Assembly (NCBI GenBank): GCA_034530615.2
Contig: JAVRCV020000078.1
Location: 1 to 16,622 of the forward strand
DNA: 16,622 bases
Direction of reading: 5' to 3'
Origin: Aulosira sp. ZfuVER01
GTDB lineage: Bacteria > Cyanobacteriota > Cyanobacteriia > Cyanobacteriales > Nostocaceae
The position numbers were made by a program, and so were the translations under genes. Numbering within the stretch: the first letter of the stretch is position 1; each line of letters starts with the position of its first letter. The notes beneath the pieces were generated by a model, which worked only from the letters and a program-made list of their open reading frames with translations, was not told the origin of the DNA and ran no database searches. Shown here in pieces: positions 7,419-15,250 of this stretch.

Positions 7419-7794
7419 AGAAATTTATTATGAAGGCGGCCCTCATATTGGGGATTTAATTCTCAATCTGTTGATTGGACTAACTGTTGTTGGGATACCA
7501 CTAACAGTTGGGGCTATTGTTAGGGCATTGTGGCTACGCTTCCGCATCACCGATCGCCGGATTTCTGTGATGGGTGGTTGGATGGGACGCGATCGCACTG
7601 ACGTAATTTATTCAGAAATTGTCAAAATTGTGAAAGTTCCCCGTGGTGTTGGCATCTGGGGAGATATGGTGCTAACTCTCAGAAATGGTAGCCGTCTGGA
7701 AATGCGGGCTGTTCCCAAATTTCGGGAAGTTTATGACTATATCAATGAAAGAGTTGCTGCCAAGAATTCTGAATATAGTGCGGCTGCTAAGTAA
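7405..7794 (+). CDS. Membrane-anchored bacterial PH-domain protein (bPH_2/DUF304-like)
   Basis: Hydrophobic hairpin followed by FRITDRRI...G...WGDMVL pattern; overlaps the rnpA 3' end by 14 bp. Confidence 0.8.
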   Translation: MGIREEIYYEGGPHIGDLILNLLIGLTVVGIPLTVGAIVRALWLRFRITDRRISVMGGWMGRDRTDVIYSEIVKIVKVPRGVGIWGDMVLTLRNGSRLEMRAVPKFREVYDYINERVAAKNSEYSAAAK

Positions 7795-7812
7795 TTAGAC
7801 AGTTAACAGTTG

Positions 7813-8104
7813 TGAGTGCTGAGTCCTGAGTAATGCTAAACAGAGGCGCAAACAGTTAATAATCAACCATTAAGATTGTGATGACTCAGTTAATCAAAGT
7901 TAGTTTTCATCATCCTTGCCTACTTTCTCACTCATTACTCAGCAACGCCACTTGCTACAACGGAGGGAATCCCAATGGACAGTTTGTTCAAGTCGGGGAA
8001 CCCGCCCACACAACTGTCCTCCCTGCGGGTTCGCCAGTCACCTGCGGAGGGAAACCCTCCCGCAGTGCTGGACTCACCGCAACGCAGTGGCTTCTCAGCA
8101 CTCA
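7813..8104. repeat. Inverted STRR (TGAGTGC/CTCAGCA heptamers) with an interrupted right arm
   Basis: The reverse complement of the left arm (7813-7835) matches 7933-7944 joined to 8094-8104 at 22/23 positions. Confidence 0.8.
7945..8093 (+). mobile_element. Composite of three small dispersed repeat (SDR)-like hairpin elements, two inside a third
   Basis: Outer stem GCCACT(T)GC 7947-7955 / GCAGTGGC 8084-8091; inner hairpins at 7977-8019 and 8027-8075; flanked by CTCAGCA at 7938-7944 and 8094-8100; GC-rich relative to surroundings. Confidence 0.75.
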
Positions 8105-8212
8105 GAACTTTGAATGTGCGGCTATCCGTAGTGAATGATAGTCGCAGACAAATCATGATTTAGATAAATTAGATTCAGTTAGTTTACAGTAACTCAGGTT
8201 GAATTCAGAATA

Positions 8213-9358
8213 ATGGATTTTGGTATCGGGTTTCTCTCGAACAACGTGATGCTGCCAATCATAGATTTTTTCTATAGCATTGTGCCTAGCTATGGATTGG
8301 CGATCGTTGCCTTAACATTGATAATCCGCTTTGCGCTCTATCCCCTGAGTGCTGGTTCCATTCGCAATATGCGGCGGATGCGGATTGTCCAGCCTCTGAT
8401 GCAAAAGCGGATGGCAGAAATTAAAGAGCGTTATAAAGACGATCCGCAAAAGCAGCAAGAGGAAATGGTCAATGTCCAAAAGGAATTTGGCAACCCTCTA
8501 GCTGGCTGTTTGCCACTGCTGTTGCAAATGCCAGTGTTGTTGGCGCTGTTTGCCACTCTACGGGGTTCGCCCTTTGCTGGGGTAAACTACAGCGTTAACC
8601 TGCAAGTCTTTCCCTCCGAACAAATCGAACGAATTCAACCCCAAGCCTTTGCAACTCCTCCCCAAAACATCTACATTGCTGATGGGGAACACAGCCGTGT
8701 TACTGCTATCCTCCCTGGTGGTAATAAATTAGCGGTAGGAGAAAGAACCAAGATTCAATACCAGACTGTTGAAGGCAAACCATTTGATGTGCTTTTGACA
8801 GAACACCCAGAAAATAAGTTGACTCCCGATTGGAAAGTTATCAAAGGGGAAGACAGAATCAAAATTGACGCTGAGGGCAATATAGAAGCCTTACAACCTG
8901 GAGATGTGACCATTCAAGGTACAATTCCCGGACTCGCAGCAGATAAAGGATTTCTGTTTATCGATGCTTTAGGTAGAGTAGGCGCGACCGATCCCGACGG
9001 CACAATCCACTGGGATATTGTCGCTATGGTAATTTTCTTTGGGATTAGTCTCTACGTTAGCCAAATTCTTTCCGGGCAAAATTCCAGCGGGGGCAACCCA
9101 CAGCAGGATACAGTTAACAAAATCACCCCAGTCATCTTTTCGGGAATGTTTTTGTTTTTCCCCCTGCCAGCTGGGGTATTGATGTATATGGTAATTGGGA
9201 ATATCTTCCAAACTCTGCAAACCTTTATTCTCTCCCGCGAACCCTTACCGGAAGAACTACAAAAAATTGTAGCAACCCAGGAAAAAGAAGCAGCAACGGC
9301 AGATCAAAAAGCATTGCCGTTTGAGCCAAAAAGTTCTAAGAAGAAGGCTACAAACTGA
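8213..9358 (+). CDS. yidC: Membrane protein insertase YidC (Alb3/Oxa1 family)
   Basis: [19 protein letters not shown] with conserved Arg, coiled-coil hairpin, [23 protein letters not shown]...NIFQTLQ. Confidence 0.97.
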   Translation: MDFGIGFLSNNVMLPIIDFFYSIVPSYGLAIVALTLIIRFALYPLSAGSIRNMRRMRIVQPLMQKRMAEIKERYKDDPQKQQEEMVNVQKEFGNPLAGCLPLLLQMPVLLALFATLRGSPFAGVNYSVNLQVFPSEQIERIQPQAFATPPQNIYIADGEHSRVTAILPGGNKLAVGERTKIQYQTVEGKPFDVLLTEHPENKLTPDWKVIKGEDRIKIDAEGNIEALQPGDVTIQGTIPGLAADKGFLFIDALGRVGATDPDGTIHWDIVAMVIFFGISLYVSQILSGQNSSGGNPQQDTVNKITPVIFSGMFLFFPLPAGVLMYMVIGNIFQTLQTFILSREPLPEELQKIVATQEKEAATADQKALPFEPKSSKKKATN

Positions 9359-9360
9359 TC

Positions 9361-9876
9361 ATGAGTAACAGTCCCATGCAGCGAGGGCAGGAGTGGTTAA
9401 AAACACTGCTGCTACTTACTGGGGTATCTGCTGAGGTTGAGGGTAATTTAGAACCCGCTCAACCTCAGAGCGGCAACTCCGAAGAACCAGATAACTACTG
9501 GTTAACAATTGATGAAACGCGACTCAATCCCGATCAAATCAGAATTTTGATTGGGGCTGATGGTTCAGTACTAGATGCAATTCAGTATCTAGCCAATTCA
9601 GTACTGAACATCAACCAACCACTAGAAGAGCAAGCTTCTTATACCATCGAGTTGAATGGCTACCGCGTCAAACGAGAAGCAGAAATTCGCGCATTGGCCG
9701 AAGCTGCATCGGAAGAAGTGCGAACTACAGGGAGAGAAGTAGAAATAAAATCCCTAAGTTCTGCGGAAAGACGGCAAATCCATACATTCTTAAAGGAATT
9801 TGCCGATCTAGAAACCTTTAGCCGTGGTAAAGAACCACATCGGCATCTTGTAGTTCGTCCAGCGATCGCACCTTAG
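9361..9876 (+). CDS. jag: Jag/EloR/KhpB-family RNA-binding protein (KH + R3H)
   Basis: KH segment LIGADGSVLDAIQYL, NGYR, R3H motif ERRQIH, SRGKEPHRHLVV; starts 2 bp after yidC. Confidence 0.92.
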   Translation: MSNSPMQRGQEWLKTLLLLTGVSAEVEGNLEPAQPQSGNSEEPDNYWLTIDETRLNPDQIRILIGADGSVLDAIQYLANSVLNINQPLEEQASYTIELNGYRVKREAEIRALAEAASEEVRTTGREVEIKSLSSAERRQIHTFLKEFADLETFSRGKEPHRHLVVRPAIAP

Positions 9877-9892
9877 GGGAAATTTGGTATGA

Positions 9893-9967
9893 GGAGGACA
9901 AGGAGGACAAGGGGGATAAGGAAAGGATGAAATAACTCATAACCTTTGACTCTTAACTCTTGACCAA
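9893..9967. repeat. STRR cluster (GGAGGACAA-like x3; TAACTCT/TGACTCT-like x5)
   Basis: Read directly at 9893-9919 and 9933-9967. Confidence 0.8.
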
Positions 9968-10059
9968 TGTTGCTAAAAGCTAGAATAAATATCTAACTAA
10001 CAGCGAAATTGCTGATAATTCAACTAAGTTTAGTTTCGTGAGGATGTCTCACAAATCCT

Positions 10060-10566
10060 ATGGACGCAATTTTTATTCCGCAGCTCACCAAAGCCCCGGA
10101 GCGGACAGAGGAAATTCAAGTTAAGGATTTTCTGCCTGGTTTGGAAACTCTGACCCCTGTTCGTGGTGTTATTCGCGTACAGCATCAAGGTAATTACTTA
10201 GAAGTATCCGGTCAGGCAGAAGCAATTATTACTTGTACTTGTAACCGCTGCTTACAGCAATATAATCAGCGTTTGGTAGTTGATACCAAAGAAATTATCT
10301 GGTTAGACGCAACAGCTAATCAACCGCAGGACTTGCCATTAGAAAGAGAAGTAGCGGTGGAAGATTTGCTAGAAAGCCTACCACCTGACGGCTATTTTTA
10401 TCCCAGTGAATGGCTGTACGAGCAGATGTGTTTAGAATTACCTCAGCGCCAGCTATGCGATCTCAATTGTCCGGGTATTTTGAGTAGTGCTGCTGAGAGT
10501 GTTGAAAAGCCAGTTGATAACCGTTGGGCTTCGTTGGAAGCACTGAAAAAGCAACTTCCTGGATAG
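10060..10566 (+). CDS. yceD: YceD/DUF177 family metal-binding protein (23S rRNA accumulation)
   Basis: CNRCL and LCDLNCPG Cys pairs; C-terminal DNRWASLEALK. Confidence 0.9.
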   Translation: MDAIFIPQLTKAPERTEEIQVKDFLPGLETLTPVRGVIRVQHQGNYLEVSGQAEAIITCTCNRCLQQYNQRLVVDTKEIIWLDATANQPQDLPLEREVAVEDLLESLPPDGYFYPSEWLYEQMCLELPQRQLCDLNCPGILSSAAESVEKPVDNRWASLEALKKQLPG

Positions 10567-10604
10567 TCGATCGTAATTTGCAATAAGCACTTAAGTGTTA
10601 AATT

Positions 10605-10625
10605 TGAGCGCTAAAGCGCTCATTT
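10605..10625 (+). terminator. Hairpin after yceD (weak terminator or 3' stabiliser)
   Basis: TGAGCGC-TAAA-GCGCTCA followed by only TTT. Confidence 0.4.
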
Positions 10626-10919
10626 CAGATATTTAGATATAGTGAAAATATTGATACTAGTAGCCAATAATAATCCATATTATTTTGTTGACTAGTTTTC
10701 TCTGTAGCAGCGCAGCAGCAGAACATTAATTCAGGCAATTAAAAAGCCTCAAGTTACTGAGTCAATGCATAAATACTCCGTTTTCTTGCTTTTACTGATG
10801 CTGTTCAGGCAGATATGAGTTTGAGCAGATTCTGGTAAAGAGCGATATTTTTAGTTGTGAGAGACATTACAACGCTTAAAAATGAGATAAGAACTGATAA
10901 AACCAATTAACAGCTACTT

Positions 10920-12431
10920 ATGACCTTCCGTGAAGAGTTTAAATTGCTGCTACGTGCCCGCTACCCTTTGATTTATATTCCTACTTATGAAGAGGAACGG
11001 GTAGAAGCAGCGATCCGGGAAGAAGCAGCAAATCAAGGTAATCGCCCTGTATATACGTGGGATTTTGTTGATGGCTATCAGGGAAATCCTAATGATGCGG
11101 GTTTTGGACGGCGCAACCCCCTGCAAGCTTTGGAATTTATCGAAAAATTGCCTGCCTCAGCGCCAGGGGTATTGATTTTGCGAGATTATCATCGGTTTTT
11201 AGAAGATGTGGCGATCGCACGCAAACTTCGTAACTTAGCCAAACTCCTCAAATCGCAACCAAAAAATATTGTGATTTTGTCACCCCGGATTGCGATTCCT
11301 GACGATTTAACCGAAGTGCTGACAGTGGTTGAATTCCCCTTACCCGCCGCCACCGAAATTAAAATCGAGGTGGAACGCTTGCTGCAAGTGACTGGTAATT
11401 CTCTGCCTGGCAAGGTTTTAGATGACTTGGTGCGCTCATGTCAAGGGCTATCAATGGAAAGGATTCGTCGGGTTTTGGCAAAAGCGATCGCCACTCACGG
11501 CGAACTACAACCAGAAGATGTAGATCTGGTTCTGGAAGAAAAGCGCCAAACAATCCGCCAAACCCAAATCCTAGATTTTTACCCCGCCAGCGAGCAAATT
11601 TCTGATATTGGCGGACTGGATAACCTCAAAGATTGGTTGCTACGCCGGGGTGGCTCATTTACCGAACGAGCTAGACAGTACGGATTACCGCACCCCCGTG
11701 GTTTAATGTTGGTGGGTATTCAAGGTACTGGGAAATCTTTAACAGCAAAAGCGATCGCCCATCATTGGCATTTACCTTTACTACGCCTAGATGTAGGGCG
11801 GTTATTTGGCGGCTTGGTAGGGGAATCGGAATCGCGGACTCGCCAAATGATTCAAGTAGCCGAAGCTTTAGCACCTTGTGTTTTGTGGATTGATGAAATA
11901 GATAAAGCCTTTTCTGGACTTGGTAGTAAAGGAGATGCGGGAACAACTAGCCGTGTATTTGGGACATTTATTACTTGGTTAGCTGAAAAAACCTCACCTG
12001 TCTTTGTCGTCGCCACCGCTAACGATATCCAAGCTTTACCACCAGAAATGCTCCGCAAAGGGCGATTTGATGAAATTTTCTTTGTAGGTTTACCCACCCA
12101 AGAAGAGAGAAAAGCAATTTTTAACGTTCATTTATCCCGACTACGCCCCCATAACTTGAAAAGTTATGACATCGATAGGCTAGCTTATGAGACACCCGAT
12201 TTTTCTGGAGCAGAGATTGAGCAAACTTTAATTGAAGCGATGCATATTGGATTTAGTCAAAATCGTGACTTTACCAACGACGACATTTTAGAAGCTGCTA
12301 GTCAGATTATTCCCTTAGCACGAACTGCTGTAGAGCAAATTCAACAACTACAAGAATGGGCTGCGGCGGGGCGAGCAAGACTAGCATCAAAACAGAGTCC
12401 TTTAAGCGATGCCTTTGGTAAGCTACGCTAA
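10920..12431 (+). CDS. ycf46: Ycf46-family AAA+ ATPase
   Basis: [15 protein letters not shown]-domain, [11 protein letters not shown], Walker A GIQGTGKS, Walker B LWIDEIDK, arginine-finger region [17 protein letters not shown]. Confidence 0.88.
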   Translation: MTFREEFKLLLRARYPLIYIPTYEEERVEAAIREEAANQGNRPVYTWDFVDGYQGNPNDAGFGRRNPLQALEFIEKLPASAPGVLILRDYHRFLEDVAIARKLRNLAKLLKSQPKNIVILSPRIAIPDDLTEVLTVVEFPLPAATEIKIEVERLLQVTGNSLPGKVLDDLVRSCQGLSMERIRRVLAKAIATHGELQPEDVDLVLEEKRQTIRQTQILDFYPASEQISDIGGLDNLKDWLLRRGGSFTERARQYGLPHPRGLMLVGIQGTGKSLTAKAIAHHWHLPLLRLDVGRLFGGLVGESESRTRQMIQVAEALAPCVLWIDEIDKAFSGLGSKGDAGTTSRVFGTFITWLAEKTSPVFVVATANDIQALPPEMLRKGRFDEIFFVGLPTQEERKAIFNVHLSRLRPHNLKSYDIDRLAYETPDFSGAEIEQTLIEAMHIGFSQNRDFTNDDILEAASQIIPLARTAVEQIQQLQEWAAAGRARLASKQSPLSDAFGKLR

Positions 12432-12460
12432 CGTAATCCACAGCAGATGCAATAATAGGT

Positions 12461-12605
12461 GTCAAAAGTCAAGAGTCAAGAGGAGCCAGTCACGTGCAGA
12501 GGTTCCCTCCGTTAAGTGACTGGCATTCCAAAGTCAAGAGTCTACAGCCATTGACAGTTGACATTTGACCCTTGACCATTGACAGTTGAACCTTGACCAT
12601 TGACA
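12461..12605. repeat. Facing STRR arrays (GTCAAGA-type, then TTGACCA/TTGACAG-type heptamers)
   Basis: GTCAA-containing heptamers at 12461-12542 and TTGAC-containing heptamers at 12551-12605 in inverted orientation. Confidence 0.85.
12484..12526 (-). mobile_element. Single SDR-like hairpin element inserted in an STRR array
   Basis: Perfect 9-bp inverted repeat GCCAGTCAC 12485-12493 / GTGACTGGC 12516-12524. The minus-strand core AACGGAGGGAA is identical to 7959-7969. Interrupts GTCAAGA repeats. Confidence 0.75.
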
Positions 12606-12610
12606 CTTTT

Positions 12611-13153
12611 ATGTTTTCTAACGTACTAAAATTTATACTTGGGTTTTTCTTAGCGATCGCTATTTTAATTGGTACTGGTGTTGCTACAGCGCTTTATTTC
12701 ATGAATAGAACTGCAATACCTCCGAGTAAACCAGTTTTTTCCAACGATCACCCCACCCAAAGAACCCAAACTGTAAAAGCAACTGAAAAAGTAGCTACAA
12801 AACCTAGCCCCTCTTCTGAAACGTCTCCCAGCCCTACCCCCTCAGCTACTCCTACTGAAACTCCCAAGGCTCAGGAATCACCAAAACCATTGCCACCAGG
12901 AGCTTACCAAGGAAAAGTTACTTGGTCTCAAGGCTTGAGTTTGCGAACCGAACCTAAACAAGATGCTGAACGTGTTGGTGGCGTTGGTTTTAATCAAAAA
13001 GTTGTAATTTTAGAAGAAAGCGACGATAAACTATGGCAGAAAATTCGCCAGGAAGATACTAATCAAGAAGGTTGGGTGAAAGCAGGTAATACTCAACGAA
13101 TTGAGGAAAACGAGTCAGTACAACAGCCAGAAAAACCACAACAAGACCAATAG
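12611..13153 (+). CDS. Membrane-anchored bacterial SH3 (SH3b) domain protein, 180 aa
   Basis: N-terminal TM helix, Pro/Ser/Thr-rich linker, GLSLRTEP...WQKIR...EGWVK. ATG at 12611 preferred over the TTG at 12593, which lies inside repeats. Confidence 0.85.
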   Translation: MFSNVLKFILGFFLAIAILIGTGVATALYFMNRTAIPPSKPVFSNDHPTQRTQTVKATEKVATKPSPSSETSPSPTPSATPTETPKAQESPKPLPPGAYQGKVTWSQGLSLRTEPKQDAERVGGVGFNQKVVILEESDDKLWQKIRQEDTNQEGWVKAGNTQRIEENESVQQPEKPQQDQ

Positions 13154-13198
13154 ACAGATAAAGCACTGTAAATTGATTCAATATGTGTTTGATTCAAT

Positions 13199-13236
13199 TA
13201 ACCTGGGGAAGCCTTGCTCGCCAGGTTACTTTTTTT
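13199..13236 (+). terminator. Rho-independent terminator after the SH3b gene
   Basis: TAACCTGG (13199-13206) / CCAGGTTA (13221-13228) with partial inner pairing, followed by T7 (13230-13236). Confidence 0.75.
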
Positions 13237-13324
13237 GTAAGTATTAATTCTTTCAAGTTCTGGTTATCCTATAGTATACTGGTAGCCAAAATTTCTCATA
13301 AACTTACTAGCAAGTAACTCTACT

Positions 13325-13371
13325 GTTGTGATATTCATCAACTCAGCTGCTTAGATGATGAATATCACAAC
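13325..13371. other. Perfect 16-bp inverted repeat with a 15-nt spacer
   Basis: GTTGTGATATTCATCA (13325-13340) / TGATGAATATCACAAC (13356-13371). Confidence 0.85.
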
Positions 13372-13425
13372 TAAAAAGTATGAAAATTTTTACTTATACT
13401 ATCTGCTGCCCAATGCCTTGAAAAA

Positions 13426-13527
13426 GTGCTGAGTCAAAAGTCAAGAGTTAATAGGCAATAGGCAATAGTTATCTGTTTACTCCCTGTGTCCCCTGCTTCC
13501 TTCCCTTTCCTATTCCTTAGCTCCTAC
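13426..13527. repeat. Degenerate STRR cluster
   Basis: Heptamer register GTGCTGA-GTCAAAA-GTCAAGA-GTTAATA-GGCAATA-GGCAATA, then pyrimidine-rich TCCCT-type repeats. Confidence 0.7.
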
Positions 13528-13550
13528 TAGCATCTAAACCCTCTATATTT

Positions 13551-15077
13551 ATGGAAACCATTGGTTATCTACATATCGCCTCAGTCTCGGAAGTATCTGA
13601 AAGCCTTGAGATTGTTCCTGCTCAAGGAAATGTTAGATTCTGGAATTGGGCAAAGCTGTCTAGCACAGTTGCAATACGTTTTTTATCTGTAGCAATAACC
13701 TTGGGAATTCTCAGTATAACTGGGCAAACTTTAGCACTTCAAAAATTAGGAAGTAATGGCTCGGAAGTGGCAAATACCCAGACTTGTTTGAAAAAGTTAG
13801 GTTACTTTCGCGGCCCAGTCAACGGTAACTTTGGTTCCATAACCCAGCAGGCTGTCATTGCTTTCCAGCAAGCTAAAAAACTACCTGCTGATGGAGTTGT
13901 TGGAATAAGCACTCAACAAGCACTACAACAAGCGTGCCAGAGTAGAACCGTTAATAGGAATGTCAATACTAATCTGCAACTAGGTAGCAGAGGTTCAGAA
14001 GTAGTCAAGCTACAACAGCGTTTGCAGCGCTTAGGCTATTTTCAAGGCCCAATTACAGGCTATTTTGGCCCGCAAACTCAGCAGGCATTAATCCGTTCCC
14101 AGCAACCTGCTAGAGTTCGCACTAATGCTAGTGCTCCTCGCAGCGTCCCGCAAGCAACACTGAACAGACCAAGCCAAGGAGGTAACTATCCTCTTCTCTC
14201 TCAAGGCAATCAAGGTCAGGAGGTAACTAGGTTACAACAACGGTTGCAACAGTTAGGTTATTTAAAAACTAATCCAACAGGTAATTTTGGCCCTCTCACA
14301 AGAGATGCTTTAATTGCATTCCAGCGAAATTCAGGTATAACTGCCAATGGCATTACAGATCAACAAACTTGGAACAGACTGCTGAGTTATTCTCCGGCTG
14401 TGTTGCCAAATACAACTAGTCTTTCTGTTCAGCAAGTGCGAGAACTGCAAGAGCATTTACGAGATTTGGGGTACTTAAAAGCTAATCCTACAGGCAATTT
14501 TGGCCCTATGAGTACGGATGCTCTCATCCGATTCCAGCGAGATTACCAACTAGCTGCCGATGGTATAGCCGATACACAAGTCTTGGAGGCAGTACGTGGA
14601 GTCTGGCAAAATCGAGCTATGGCTGCCAATCAACCAGCCAGAAACTATCTCACTATGGGTGACAGTGGTGAGAATGTGAGAGCAGTGCAAGCGCGCTTGT
14701 TGCAACTAGGCTTTTTTAATGGCAATCCTGATGGGTATTACGGTGAAAATACTAGAGCGTATGTGTATGCCTTCCAGCAATATTCCCGGCTAAATCCGAC
14801 AGGGAATGTAGATGCACAAACTTGGCAAGCGTTAGGGTTGAATAATTCTACTGGAGAGAATACTAATACTAATCAGAATCGCTATGTAGTAGTAGTCCCA
14901 ATTCATAATGCTGATACTCTCAACAAAGTACGTCAGTACATAGCTAATCCTGTTGTGGAGAAATCAAGTTTAGGGGATTATGTCAATGCTGGGAGATTTG
15001 GCAATCGGGCAGAGGCAGAAAATCTGACTAAACTCTTACGCTCTTATGGTTTAGATGCACGGGTGGAGTATTTTTAA
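13551..15077 (+). CDS. Peptidoglycan-binding domain protein (five PG_binding_1-type repeats, C-terminal SPOR-like domain)
   Basis: Repeated V..LQ..L..LGY...G.FG..T..A...FQ.....DG motif at about aa 63-125, 142-185 (truncated), 215-278, 292-348 and 367-428; hydrophobic segment aa 40-62. Confidence 0.9.
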   Translation: METIGYLHIASVSEVSESLEIVPAQGNVRFWNWAKLSSTVAIRFLSVAITLGILSITGQTLALQKLGSNGSEVANTQTCLKKLGYFRGPVNGNFGSITQQAVIAFQQAKKLPADGVVGISTQQALQQACQSRTVNRNVNTNLQLGSRGSEVVKLQQRLQRLGYFQGPITGYFGPQTQQALIRSQQPARVRTNASAPRSVPQATLNRPSQGGNYPLLSQGNQGQEVTRLQQRLQQLGYLKTNPTGNFGPLTRDALIAFQRNSGITANGITDQQTWNRLLSYSPAVLPNTTSLSVQQVRELQEHLRDLGYLKANPTGNFGPMSTDALIRFQRDYQLAADGIADTQVLEAVRGVWQNRAMAANQPARNYLTMGDSGENVRAVQARLLQLGFFNGNPDGYYGENTRAYVYAFQQYSRLNPTGNVDAQTWQALGLNNSTGENTNTNQNRYVVVVPIHNADTLNKVRQYIANPVVEKSSLGDYVNAGRFGNRAEAENLTKLLRSYGLDARVEYF

Positions 15078-15170
15078 TTCCGTCTTGAAAATTGGGCATT
15101 TCTTCTCAAACTCCCTTGTTCCCCCGTCGCCTTTATCACTCACTCTCTTGTTTCACCTCCATCTTTCGTC

Positions 15171-15229
15171 AGGTGCGAAGCTAAAGTCAAACACATTAAG
15201 CTACCTCTATCTAAAGCGGCTTCGCACTT
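15171..15229 (+). promoter_or_regulatory. Stem-loop upstream of the histidine kinase
   Basis: GTGCGAAGC (15173-15181) / GCTTCGCAC (15219-15227), extendable to 12 bp with G-U pairs on the plus strand; 35-nt loop. Confidence 0.5.
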
Positions 15230-15250
15230 ACTGTTTTTGGTTGAGAGAAG

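Noticed and set aside
7945..8093. Interpretation as a tRNA, riboswitch or CRISPR array
   Set aside because: No cloverleaf or T-loop consensus and no regular repeat-spacer period; better explained by nested repeats, one of which recurs at 12484.
7878..8163. Four overlapping 62-86 aa ORFs on both strands
   Set aside because: They are open only because the GC-rich hairpin composite lacks stops; no RBS or protein motif.
9960..9986. TTGACC...TAGAAT promoter for yceD
   Set aside because: The 15-bp spacing is suboptimal, and the -35-like hexamer is part of an STRR.
8969..12097. Minus-strand ORFs within yidC and the AAA ATPase
   Set aside because: Antisense shadows with no independent support.
12593..12610. 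TTG start for the SH3b gene
   Set aside because: It lies inside heptamer repeats; the ATG at 12611 directly precedes the TM segment.
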